A stretch of 54,395 nt of DNA from Bdellovibrionales bacterium (lineage in GTDB: Bacteria > Bdellovibrionota > Bdellovibrionia > Bdellovibrionales > UBA1609). Of the stretch, positions 1-8,922 are shown piece after piece. Each line of letters begins with the position of its first letter. The first letter of the stretch is position 1. The notes below the pieces were generated by a model. That model was not told where the DNA came from, did not search any database, and saw only the letters and a program-made list of their open reading frames with translations. The translations under genes were made by a program, and so were the position numbers. The stretch lies in NCBI GenBank assembly GCA_007128005.1, contig SKYF01000046.1, forward strand, positions 1 to 54,395. Reading direction: 5' to 3'.

Positions 1-308
1 AGGTTTAAGGCCCCGCTTTCAATTTTTTTCTCCAGCTCTTGGGCTTCCTGTTGTGGGAGCTCACGTAAGAGTTTCATGGCGGCAATCCTTCGGCCAGCCT
101 GCCCCTCTGAATAACCGAGCTCCCTAACCGCATAGTCAAACAGGCTCTTAAAACCAAGATCACTGAAGAGCTTGCGCCTTTCCACCTCTTTGAGGTGATG
201 AAGGATCTCGGTGAGCAGCTCTCGCTCTTTTTGAACGAGCTGGCGCATGCGGCTGAGCAGGTCGTGATCACTGAGGGCTTCGGGTTTGTTAGGGAGTCCG
301 TGGTGCAT
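1..308 (-). CDS. 5' part (truncated by window edge) of a DUF222-like/HNH endonuclease-family protein
   Basis: Not in the ORF track. Manual translation from ATG at 308 (AGGAGA RBS upstream) is open to the window edge: MHHGLPNKPEALSDHDLLSRMRQLVQKERELLTEILHHLKEVERRKLFSDLGFKSLFDYAVRELGYSEGQAGRRIAAMKLLRELP...IESGALNL. The LSD..LL / ERRKLF...G..SLFDY....LGYSE..A.RRI.A pattern matches, from recall, the N-terminus of multicopy HNH/DUF222 proteins of Bdellovibrionota and Myxococcota. The HNH domain itself would lie outside the window. Confidence 0.7.
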   Translation of the reverse strand, partial: MHHGLPNKPEALSDHDLLSRMRQLVQKERELLTEILHHLKEVERRKLFSDLGFKSLFDYAVRELGYSEGQAGRRIAAMKLLRELPQQEAQELEKKIESGALN

Positions 309-589
309 GGGGAGTTCTCCTATTTGTTGACGGCTGTTTGATTTTTCAAAGCCACTGTACCACAGGTTTTTTGAGGGGATTTTTGTGAGAGGCCGAGGTC
401 ACCTCACCAAGCCTCGCAGAAAGAACAGGAAGGCCTCTTCCTGAGCCTTTTTAGGAGGGGGAATTGTTTTTTGAAGAAAAGTCCTTTTTTCGAGTCGCAC
501 AGAGCAGCCTGGAGTGCGAAAAATTCCGTCAACACCTAACGTTTGCAGTCATAAAATATTTAGGTGTCTTGGGTGGGAAGCCTATAGGC

Positions 590-731
590 AGTGACTTGCG
601 CGAAAGTGGCTGGCGATAACCGCCAAAGACAAGGCGCCCGGCTCAAAGCGAAAGGAGGCCTACTTGAGCGGTACGTTGGAGTGAGATTTGAGACGAGCAA
701 GGCAGTATTTGGCGGTTTCGCGCCAGTCACT
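590..731. repeat. Imperfect inverted-repeat-bounded element / candidate structured RNA
   Basis: 590-605 AGTGACTTGCGCGAAA pairs 15/16 with 716-731. Alternatively 605-615 pairs with 721-731 (one G-U on the + strand) and 618-627 with 708-717. Internal stem GCTCAA(641-646)/TTGAGC(664-669). Confidence 0.55.
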
Positions 732-992
732 AGATACAATAGCAGCTTTTTTAGCCGACAAGTTAGATAGGCAGTCAGTCGAAATAGACGATCCATAAGA
801 AGGTCTTATGAAGCCCATATGAATTGGTTTTTTGGGCGATTTTTCTATTAAATTTTTACAATATTCCGCCTGAAAGAGCTCCCGTTGGATGGACAACTTG
901 TAGATTTCTCCACAGACCCATAATTTTAGCCCCACTCCCAGGGTTAGTAAGGGGCCCTAAGGAGTTCGGGAGAAAGCGTTTGGAGAATTTTT

Positions 993-1018
993 GGGAAATA
1001 GAAATGGGAAATAGAAAT
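993..1018 (+). repeat. Perfect tandem 13-bp duplication GGGAAATAGAAAT x2
   Basis: Read directly at 993-1005 and 1006-1018, just upstream of the GGAGGA RBS of the CHASE2 gene. Confidence 0.9.
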
Positions 1019-1026
1019 AGGGAGGA

Positions 1027-2490
1027 ATGGGCCAAGTGGGGATGGACAAAGCGATCGCCAAGGGGTTGGCTAAGGGCAAGTTAGAGGACAGAAAAAGGGC
1101 CAGGGCTCCGGGCCAGACTGGGGAGGGGCTTGTGTGGCTGGGCCTGGTTTTGTCCTCTATCTTGCTCTCCTCAAGTCTGCAGGCCAGAGCTTCTGCTCAC
1201 CTGCCAGAGGCCTGTCAGAACCCACGAGTTGTCGTGGTGGGAATGGATGAGCAGACTCGATTTCCCGAGCCCTTTGGCCTTGGTCGAGACCTCAAGGCCT
1301 ACAGGGCTCACAACGCCACTTTGATTGAACAGCTCAATCGCGCCGGAGTGGCTGCCATTGGCTTTGACTTTTACTACGCCCACACTCCGGGGCTAGAAGA
1401 GCAGACAACTGAATTTGTTCGCGCAGCCCAGAACAGTAAGGCCCCCGTGGTCATTGGAGTCAACGGAGGAGTGATCCCAGGACAGCTTGAACTGAGACTT
1501 GAGGACAACGATCCGGTCTTTTCAGAGGCCCCTGACATCGGTCAGGGCACCCTCACCGTCTTTCAAAGTGAATTGAGACTGAATCCCCTCGCCCCCAATG
1601 CAGAGGCCACCGTCACCGCGGCCCATGAATTCGCCATACTTGAGGGAATTTGGGGGAGCAACTCCCTGGTCCATGAGATGGCTCTGCGAGCTGGAGCTGT
1701 TGAGCCCTATGAACTCTATGAAAGTGGCCTGATCCAGCCTGTGGACGCCGGACTCATTCAGTTTCAGGGGAGTGCTGTTGTTGGAAAGATCTGGCCTCGC
1801 ATTGCTCGGATCCCCCCAGAGTCCTTTTGCACCTTGAGCTATATTGATGTCTACCGCGGAGCCCATCAGGAGATTCTTAAAAACTCCTTTGTTCTGGTCG
1901 GCATGATGGATGAAGGACTTGACCGCTTTGCCCAGCCTGACCCTGCAGCCCCCGAGCTAAAAGATGTCTACGGGGTTTACCTCCATGCTGCGGCTCTGGC
2001 GCAGATACTAGACGGAGATGAGTCCTGGCAAAAGCCTGATGGCCCGTGGTGGCTAAAGCCCGCACAGACTGCAGAGGTCGTGGTCGACGAAATCTCTCAC
2101 CCAGGGGACGAAACCTTAGAGCTGTTAGTGGTCTCAGCCTTCGAAGAAGCGACCGCTTTTATGGCCCTTCTTGACCAGGGCGGAAGTGGCAGTTTGGTTG
2201 TGGACTCAGTGGAGGTTCTCACACAGATACTTGAAGATCTTCACTCCCGGATTCTCCACCACATTGATAGAGAAGAAGCCCATCAACTGATCGACTCTCA
2301 GCAGCTCTACAATCAATTGGCCTTACTGGAGTATCGCATCAACCAGTCTCAGAGGACGTCGAGCCACCCTCTTGCGGCCCTTGATCCGGACACAAGAGAC
2401 CTTCTCAAACAGGCTATTTTTCAGGTTGGACGGCACCTAGAAGGAGTGGTGAATGTGGCCTATTTCTTTGCCTTGGCTGGCTTCCCTTAA
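1027..2490 (+). CDS. Exported CHASE2-domain protein with no output domain
   Basis: Hydrophobic signal-like stretch ending ASA; CHASE2-type motifs RVVVVGMDEQT, HNATLIEQLNRAGVAAIGFDFYY, LSYIDV, FVLVG...D, VYGVYLHAAALAQIL. Confidence 0.7.
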   Translation: MGQVGMDKAIAKGLAKGKLEDRKRARAPGQTGEGLVWLGLVLSSILLSSSLQARASAHLPEACQNPRVVVVGMDEQTRFPEPFGLGRDLKAYRAHNATLIEQLNRAGVAAIGFDFYYAHTPGLEEQTTEFVRAAQNSKAPVVIGVNGGVIPGQLELRLEDNDPVFSEAPDIGQGTLTVFQSELRLNPLAPNAEATVTAAHEFAILEGIWGSNSLVHEMALRAGAVEPYELYESGLIQPVDAGLIQFQGSAVVGKIWPRIARIPPESFCTLSYIDVYRGAHQEILKNSFVLVGMMDEGLDRFAQPDPAAPELKDVYGVYLHAAALAQILDGDESWQKPDGPWWLKPAQTAEVVVDEISHPGDETLELLVVSAFEEATAFMALLDQGGSGSLVVDSVEVLTQILEDLHSRILHHIDREEAHQLIDSQQLYNQLALLEYRINQSQRTSSHPLAALDPDTRDLLKQAIFQVGRHLEGVVNVAYFFALAGFP

Positions 2491-3835
2491 GAGATTTCTT
2501 TTTAAAATATCATTTGTTTTTGGATGCCTTGGACTCGGTGGAATTGGCTGCGTCCGAGGGCAGATTCAACATCAAGAGCAGGCCATGAGGCCTGCTAAAA
2601 AACCTCCGGCCCAAATAGTCGACGACCTTGGGCTGACAAACCTCAGTGAAGCTCTGAGGGTCAATGTGGATTTTCTATCCCAGGACAGCCAAAGACTCGG
2701 TGAGTTTATGGTCTTTGGCCCCCGGAGAATTGAGCGCCGCCTCTACGCCGACAGTCTTCGCCATCTACTTGCCGAACTAAAAAGCGACCCTTCGGGTCAG
2801 AGCTTTATCAGAGCCGTGAAGGAGAACTTCCAGTTTTATGAAGTCTATGGCGATGAGCGCTGGGGACAGGTCTTTGTCACGGCCTACTTTGAACCCATAC
2901 TCAAAGCGAGCCCCAAAGCCCCCTCCAGATCATCCAGCCCCTCCGGGTCAGGAAGCCCCTTTAGCCAGCCCCTCTACAGGGCTCCTGACGACCTTGTCAC
3001 CGTTCCCCTGGGCCAGTTTGCCGAGCGCTTCCCACACTGGAGTTTGTTTGCTGACTTCTTTTCCAAGGTCAGCCCCCGCGACAATCTCCTGCGCGGAAGG
3101 CTCGTCAATGCCCATGTGGGCATGGGACCAGGCTCTTCCGTAATTCCCTATTTTGACCGCCAGGAAATAGACTCTGGCCTGGCTCTTCGGGGGCGAGGTC
3201 TGGAAATCGCATGGGTGGACCCCATTGACGCTTTCTTTCTGCACATTCAGGGGTCGGGAAGCCTCGAGTTCCCAGATGGAAGAACTCTCAGAGTGGGCTA
3301 TGCCAGTCAGAACGGGCACCCCTATGTTCCCATCGGCCGCTACCTCCTGGATGTCATCGACCGAGAACAGATGAGTCTACAGAGGATTGAAGCCCACTTA
3401 AGATCCCTCCCAAGAGAAGAGCAGCAGCAGCTGATGTTTAAAAACCCCAGTTACATCTTCTTTCAAGAGCTCAAAGGGCAGCCTTTAACCTTTATGGGAA
3501 CGGAGGTGGTTGAGGGCCGAACCATTGCCACAGACTATCAGCACTTTCCCAAGGGGGCCCTGGCCTATTTGGAGTTTCCCGAGCCCCTCTTCTCAAGCCC
3601 CAAGGACATCACCCCCTCGGAGTGGAAGCCCAGCTCCCGCTTTGTCCTTGATCAGGACACAGGAGGAGCTATTCGCGGCCCCCACAGGGTGGATTTATTT
3701 TGGGGGCGAGGTGAGGGGGCAAAGCAAGCCGCCGGAGTGATGCGCCACCCAGGCCGACTCCACTACTTGGTGCCCTCCGAAAGCCTTTTGGCCCAGCTCA
3801 GAGATCAGAGCCAGTCCAACAGTATCAGTCCGTGA
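2453..3835 (+). CDS. mltA: Membrane-bound lytic murein transglycosylase A (lipoprotein)
   Basis: Lipobox-like LGGIGC; TAYFEP, FFLHIQGSG, GYASQNGHPY, NPSYIFF and the 3D-domain motif DQDTGGAIRGPHRVDLFWG; AAGGAG RBS at 2441. Confidence 0.9.
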   Translation: MWPISLPWLASLKRFLFKISFVFGCLGLGGIGCVRGQIQHQEQAMRPAKKPPAQIVDDLGLTNLSEALRVNVDFLSQDSQRLGEFMVFGPRRIERRLYADSLRHLLAELKSDPSGQSFIRAVKENFQFYEVYGDERWGQVFVTAYFEPILKASPKAPSRSSSPSGSGSPFSQPLYRAPDDLVTVPLGQFAERFPHWSLFADFFSKVSPRDNLLRGRLVNAHVGMGPGSSVIPYFDRQEIDSGLALRGRGLEIAWVDPIDAFFLHIQGSGSLEFPDGRTLRVGYASQNGHPYVPIGRYLLDVIDREQMSLQRIEAHLRSLPREEQQQLMFKNPSYIFFQELKGQPLTFMGTEVVEGRTIATDYQHFPKGALAYLEFPEPLFSSPKDITPSEWKPSSRFVLDQDTGGAIRGPHRVDLFWGRGEGAKQAAGVMRHPGRLHYLVPSESLLAQLRDQSQSNSISP

Positions 3836-3849
3836 TATTTGCAGTCTCC

Positions 3850-4872
3850 TCACCGCTCTAGAGAGCGGAGTATTTCTTGTTTAAGCCCTTTGGCCTGAAT
3901 ACCCCAAAGACACTGCTTGTGAACCTTGTTTTTACAGCGCCCCCGCCCGTCCTTGGTGCAGGGGCTGCAGGGCAAGTTGAGATATTGGAGCTTGGTGGTG
4001 GAGCGAAAGGGAAAACCAAAGGCCGTAGGTCCCAGCAAAGCCACTGTGGGCCGCCCTAAAAAATCAGCCATATGCAATAGCCCCGTGTCCCCACTGACCA
4101 CGGCCTTTGCCTGGCCTAGAGCCGATATGCTCTGCACCCAAGAAAACCTTCCGGCAAAAGACCGGACCCTGTCCGGAGCCACGGCCACAATCTGCTCCAC
4201 AAAGCCATCCTCCGGCCCAGCCAGCACAGTGAACCGCTGCTCTGGCCAGTCCCGCACCAGCTCCTGCCACCTCTCGAGCGGCCAGCGCTTAAGCTCCCAG
4301 TTGGCAGATGGCACTAAAACCACCGAGCCCCCAATCCACCCCTGAGCCTCTGAGTCCAGGGACTCAAGACCAGAAAAAGGCTGAGGGTTGACAGCCGTCT
4401 CCTGAGCCTGATCGGGAAGCTCAAACCCCCAGACCTTTAAAGGCTCCATATAACTCCAGGCCCCTCGATAGGGCCAATGGGAGTAGCGATTGACTCGCCA
4501 GACGAATAATAGCCAGCGTTTAAAGCGCTCCTTACTTCGCCGCACAAACTGAGGCCTTCTCCAGGGCCAAGTCAGGCTCTTTAAATAAAAACTCAACCAA
4601 TGGGAGCGGGTGTTGCTGTGAGCATCGTAGATATGGGTGAAAGACTGATCTTTCAGCTCATTTGAGAGCTTCCACAGCCCCCTAAAACCCTGCCTGCGGT
4701 CGAGGGCCCAAACTCGGTCCACCAAGCCGCTCTCCTTCAACCACTCTGCCTGATCTAACCGAGTGACCCAGTGAATTTCCGCCTGTGGAAACTGAGACCT
4801 GACAAGCTCAACCGCAAACAGAGCTTGAACCATATCGCCAAAGCTCGAAAAGCGGATGATCAATAATTTCAT
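3850..4872 (-). CDS. Glycosyltransferase family 9 (LPS heptosyltransferase, WaaF/RfaF-like)
   Basis: KLLIIRFSSFGD N-terminus, KRWP, DTGLLHMA, LLGPT, CSPC. Start moved to ATG 4872. Confidence 0.85.
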   Translation of the reverse strand: MKLLIIRFSSFGDMVQALFAVELVRSQFPQAEIHWVTRLDQAEWLKESGLVDRVWALDRRQGFRGLWKLSNELKDQSFTHIYDAHSNTRSHWLSFYLKSLTWPWRRPQFVRRSKERFKRWLLFVWRVNRYSHWPYRGAWSYMEPLKVWGFELPDQAQETAVNPQPFSGLESLDSEAQGWIGGSVVLVPSANWELKRWPLERWQELVRDWPEQRFTVLAGPEDGFVEQIVAVAPDRVRSFAGRFSWVQSISALGQAKAVVSGDTGLLHMADFLGRPTVALLGPTAFGFPFRSTTKLQYLNLPCSPCTKDGRGRCKNKVHKQCLWGIQAKGLKQEILRSLER

Positions 4873-4873
4873 T

Positions 4874-5464
4874 TTAGTCGTCTGAGACTTGCTGCAGAAG
4901 CTCTCTTTCCACAATCTCTGCAAAGTACTGCTGAGCTCCTGGGGTGTCCCAGTCCTCAACTCCAGCCACCTTGCGGATCAGCCGCCGGCCTGGCCCAATA
5001 ATGTAGGACTCCGGGAGCACCTGGGTCCCGTAGAGGCGAGCCACCTCCATCTGCCTGTCCCAGGCCACTCTCAGGTTGGGCTCTTCCGCCCCAAACACCC
5101 TCAAGAAAGCCATCATCTCCTCTTCGTTATGATCGGCAGAGATGGCCAAGAGAACCATTTCATCTGGATACCGGCGCAAAAGCCTCATCATCGAGGGAAA
5201 TTCAGCCACACAGGGCTCGCACCAAGAGGCCCAGAAGTTCAACAAGATAATTCTATCATCGTAGTCATCTAGACTGAGGGGCTCCCCTGCAATGTCTATG
5301 AGCTCAAAGTTAGGCACCCCTTCTTGGCTCATCCTGTTCAAGGCCACCATACCTTCCGTGGGCTTCATGCCCTGGGTCAGAAAATCCCTGTACTGAGCCC
5401 ATCCAGCCCACATCAACAGAGACAGAACCACTACTGTAAGGATCCCTTTTACTACTGGCTTCAT
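4874..5464 (-). CDS. TlpA/ResA-family membrane-anchored thiol-disulfide reductase
   Basis: N-terminal TM helix; LLNFWASWCEPC; cis-Pro motif VLPESY. Confidence 0.85.
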   Translation of the reverse strand: MKPVVKGILTVVVLSLLMWAGWAQYRDFLTQGMKPTEGMVALNRMSQEGVPNFELIDIAGEPLSLDDYDDRIILLNFWASWCEPCVAEFPSMMRLLRRYPDEMVLLAISADHNEEEMMAFLRVFGAEEPNLRVAWDRQMEVARLYGTQVLPESYIIGPGRRLIRKVAGVEDWDTPGAQQYFAEIVERELLQQVSDD

Positions 5465-5479
5465 CTTCTCACTGACTTA

Positions 5480-6034
5480 TTATTTTGCCGAGCGCGCACT
5501 CCTGCGAGCTGTACTCTGAGCCTTGCGCTTCTTCTTCGCTACCTTCTGTTTAGTTGCAACGGCCCTCACCTTTAGCTTTTCTTTGGCTTTGGCCTTGGCT
5601 TCCACCTTCTCACCGGCTTGCCCTGAGGCCTTTTTTGCCCCAGCTTTCACTGTCACTTCACTCGCTGGCACAGGCAACTCATAGTCCACAAACTCAATCA
5701 GGGCCATATCTGCCGTATCACCCGGCCGATGTCCTGCCTTGATAATCCGTGTGTAGCCGCCGTTTCGATCTTTAAAACGGGGTCCCAAGTCATCCACAAG
5801 GGCCGCAACCGTCTTTGGGTTGGGAAAACGCGCCAACAAAAGGCGGCGAGCATGAACGCTTCCCTTCTTTCCCATTGTTACGGCCTTCTCCACATGGCGG
5901 CGAAGCTCTTTGGCTTTTGCCACTGTCGTTTTGATCCGGCCATGTTCCACAAGGGAGTCCACAAGGCCCCGAATCAAAGCTTTTCTTGGCCCCGGCCTGC
6001 GTCCAAAAGAATGTGTCGTCGCTCTATGTCTCAT
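5480..6034 (-). CDS. rplQ: 50S ribosomal protein L17 with basic C-terminal extension
   Basis: MRHR, RIKTTVAKAKELR, RNGGYTRI; follows rpoA. Confidence 0.97.
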   Translation of the reverse strand: MRHRATTHSFGRRPGPRKALIRGLVDSLVEHGRIKTTVAKAKELRRHVEKAVTMGKKGSVHARRLLLARFPNPKTVAALVDDLGPRFKDRNGGYTRIIKAGHRPGDTADMALIEFVDYELPVPASEVTVKAGAKKASGQAGEKVEAKAKAKEKLKVRAVATKQKVAKKKRKAQSTARRSARSAK

Positions 6035-6085
6035 TCCTCAACTCCTCAGAATTTTCTCTCAGCCACTCAACCAGTCTCTTGTTCT

Positions 6086-7147
6086 CTACTGTTGAGGGGT
6101 GTTGTTTGTGCCCACAGAAGCCATCGTGTTGGTTCTCTGCGGAGGACTATTGGGGTCCCACCCCTGTGGGGGCCACCCATCTATCTTCATACCCAAAGAC
6201 AATCCCATGCGGCCCAAAATCTCCTTTATCTCGTTAAGAGATTTTCGACCAAAGTTTTTAGTTTTTAGCATCTCAGCCTCGGAGCGAACCACTAGCTCCC
6301 CGATAAAACGAATATTTGCGTTTTTCAGGCAGTTTGCACTGCGCACAGAAAGCTCCAGATCGTCCACTGAGCGAAATAAGTTCTCATTGAGCTGAGGTGA
6401 GGAGACCTCCTCCTCCACAACATCCGGCTCCATGGACTCATCAAAAGTCAAAAAGATCTGCAACTGTTCTTTTAAAATCTTGGAGCCAAGTGCCACCGCC
6501 TCTTCAGGCTTTATAGACCCATCTGTCCAAACCTCTAAAGTCAGGGCATCGTAGTCCGTTCTCTGCCCTACGCGAGCATTGGACACATTGTAATTGACCC
6601 GACGAATGGGGCTATGAAGGGCATCCACGGCAATAAAGCCAACACCTTGCTCCTTAGCAGCTCCATCCGCTTCAACATATCCTCGACCAAAGCTGACAAC
6701 AACTTCAGCAACAAATTTTGCATCTTTACCAAGAGTCGCAATATGTTGCTCCGGATTAAGCACTTCGATATTGTCAGACACTTGAATATCTCCAGCCGTC
6801 ACAGCACCTGGTCCCTGCTTTTCAATCCGCAGGATTTTTACCTCGGCATCATGCTGCTTAAAGCGAACCTCTTTTAGGTTCAAGATGATGTCCGTCACAT
6901 CCTCAAGGACATCGGGGATGGTACTGAACTCATGCAAGACTCCCTCAAACTTCACAGCAGTGACAGCGGAGCCCATCATGGAGCTCAAAAGAACCCTGCG
7001 AATAGAGTTGCCAAGAGTGACCCCATAACCCCGCTCTAGCGGACGGACATAAAACTTGCCATAGCGATCGGTTAAACTCTCTCTGTCTACTTCAAATCCC
7101 TTGGGCTTAATCAACTCCCGCCAGAACTTGTAGTAATGGGGCTGCAT
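6086..7147 (-). CDS. rpoA: RNA polymerase alpha subunit
   Basis: [43 protein letters not shown]. Start ATG 7147 or GTG 7162. Confidence 0.98.
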   Translation of the reverse strand: MQPHYYKFWRELIKPKGFEVDRESLTDRYGKFYVRPLERGYGVTLGNSIRRVLLSSMMGSAVTAVKFEGVLHEFSTIPDVLEDVTDIILNLKEVRFKQHDAEVKILRIEKQGPGAVTAGDIQVSDNIEVLNPEQHIATLGKDAKFVAEVVVSFGRGYVEADGAAKEQGVGFIAVDALHSPIRRVNYNVSNARVGQRTDYDALTLEVWTDGSIKPEEAVALGSKILKEQLQIFLTFDESMEPDVVEEEVSSPQLNENLFRSVDDLELSVRSANCLKNANIRFIGELVVRSEAEMLKTKNFGRKSLNEIKEILGRMGLSLGMKIDGWPPQGWDPNSPPQRTNTMASVGTNNTPQQ

Positions 7148-7246
7148 TACTAATTCTCCCACGCCAAATATCTCCTACTTAAAAAAATTATGTAACAAAC
7201 TCTCTTTCACTCAAAACCTAACTTGCCCTTTCTCCAGGGCAAACCA

Positions 7247-7648
7247 CTAAATACGACGTCTTTTTGGCGGACGACAGCCATTGTGAGGAACAGGAGTTAC
7301 ATCTTTCATAGATGTTACTCGAATTCCTCCGGCGGCAACTGCTCTAACAGCTGGTTCACGCCCAGCTCCGGGCCCATCAATAAGCACATCCACTGACTTC
7401 ACTCCGTGCTCCAGAGCCTTTTTTGTCGCATCCTCTGCGGCCACTTGCGCTGCGAAAGGAGTGCCTTTGCGGCTGCCCTTGAAGCCCATCATTCCCGCCG
7501 TTGACCAACACAGGGTATTTCCTGTGGAGTCAGTAAAAGTCACTATGGTGTTCCCAAACCCAGCCATCACATGACATTTGCCGGTAGGCACATTTTTTTT
7601 TATCTTCTTTTTTCCGCTCGATTTTCCGCCAGATTTTTTATCAGCCAT
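7247..7648 (-). CDS. rpsK: 30S ribosomal protein S11
   Basis: [31 protein letters not shown]. Confidence 0.98.
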   Translation of the reverse strand: MADKKSGGKSSGKKKIKKNVPTGKCHVMAGFGNTIVTFTDSTGNTLCWSTAGMMGFKGSRKGTPFAAQVAAEDATKKALEHGVKSVDVLIDGPGAGREPAVRAVAAGGIRVTSMKDVTPVPHNGCRPPKRRRI

Positions 7649-7661
7649 TAATATTTACCTC

Positions 7662-8036
7662 TTAAACAGCTTTTTTCTTGTTTGCTACAGTCTTCTTCGG
7701 ACCCTTACGAGTCCTTGCGTTGGACTGGGTGCTCTGTCCACGTACTGGCAAACCCTTTTTATGACGAAGTCCACGATAACAGCTCAGATCCATCAAACGC
7801 TTAATAGACATTCCAACTTCACGTCTCAGGTCACCCTCAACTTTGTAGTTCCCATCAATAATTGCACGCAGACTGGCCACCTGCTCATCGGTGAGGGCAT
7901 CCGTACGTAGGGAAGTGGAAAAACCACCTTCCTTCAAAATTTCGGCGGCCCTTTTTCGTCCAATCCCGTGAATGTAAGTCAAAGCGACTTCCAACCTTTT
8001 ATTTCGAGGCAAATCGACCCCGCTTATTCGAGCCAT
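7662..8036 (-). CDS. rpsM: 30S ribosomal protein S13
   Basis: [31 protein letters not shown]. Confidence 0.98.
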   Translation of the reverse strand: MARISGVDLPRNKRLEVALTYIHGIGRKRAAEILKEGGFSTSLRTDALTDEQVASLRAIIDGNYKVEGDLRREVGMSIKRLMDLSCYRGLRHKKGLPVRGQSTQSNARTRKGPKKTVANKKKAV

Positions 8037-8039
8037 AAA

Positions 8040-8153
8040 CTAACCCTGCCTTTGCTTATGCTTAGGGTTTTCGCAAATCACACGAATCACACCTTTGCGT
8101 TTAATCATCTTACAATTTTTACAAATTTTTTTTACCGAGGCTCTCACCTTCAT
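8040..8153 (-). CDS. rpmJ: 50S ribosomal protein L36 (Zn-ribbon form)
   Basis: Below the ORF-track cutoff; manual translation [37 protein letters not shown]. Confidence 0.97.
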   Translation of the reverse strand: MKVRASVKKICKNCKMIKRKGVIRVICENPKHKQRQG

Positions 8154-8274
8154 CGTGAACTCCATCACCACAATCAACTAAGTTATTGATATTAATGGCC
8201 TTAAAAAATGAAGGCAGAAATTATCACTGTCACTGCAACAAGTCCAGCGATTTTAAGATTCTACCATCTATCCT

Positions 8275-8922
8275 TTAAGCCATCTCTAACTGACTCTGAA
8301 TCCTACTAAAAACTTCCTCCGTCGAACCAACTCCATCTACCCCTACAAGGAGCTCCTGGGAGTCATAGTACTCCTTCAGGGGCTGAGTATTTTCCTCGTA
8401 GGTCTGAAGCCTTGTCACAATTACAGCTTCTTCATCATCGGGCCTTTGCACCACCTGCCCTTCGCAGATATCACAAACTCCCTCTTTAGAGGTGGGTTTT
8501 GAGTCTACATGGTACACCGCACCACAATTCTTGCAGACCCTTCTTCCGCTCAGCCTCCGCACTAGATCCTCTCGTGGGACCTCTAAAAAAACACAAGCGT
8601 CCAACTTTAAACTTAAACTGCCCAGCATCTGCTCTAGAGCCTGAGCCTGTGCCACCGTTCTTGGGAAGCCATCCAAGATAAAGCCTGTGTCTCTTTCCAG
8701 CTCTTCTAACTTTTCCTTTACCATTCCGACGACCACTGAATCCGGAACCAGCTCTCCCTTATCCATATAGCTTTGCGCCTTTAGACCCAACTCCGTACCA
8801 CCTTTTATGGCTGCCCTAAACAGATCCCCAGTGCTCAGGTGAACAAGCCCAAGTTTATCCACCAATATCTGTGACTGAGTCCCTTTTCCAGCTCCGGGAG
8901 GGCCAAATAACAGCAGGTTCAA
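8275..8922 (-). CDS. adk: Adenylate kinase with Zn-binding LID
   Basis: [20 protein letters not shown]...CDIC. Confidence 0.97.
   Translation of the reverse strand: MNLLLFGPPGAGKGTQSQILVDKLGLVHLSTGDLFRAAIKGGTELGLKAQSYMDKGELVPDSVVVGMVKEKLEELERDTGFILDGFPRTVAQAQALEQMLGSLSLKLDACVFLEVPREDLVRRLSGRRVCKNCGAVYHVDSKPTSKEGVCDICEGQVVQRPDDEEAVIVTRLQTYEENTQPLKEYYDSQELLVGVDGVGSTEEVFSRIQSQLEMA

Noticed and set aside
310-1026. Possible CRISPR or TIGR-like array upstream of the HNH-type gene
   Set aside because: No regularly spaced direct repeats found by eye; only inverted repeats and one tandem duplication.
74-1084. Track ORFs 74-271, 560-796, 660-935 and 824-1084
   Set aside because: No protein-like motifs; 74-271 is an alternative frame of the real gene starting at 308, and the others overlap the structured non-coding region.
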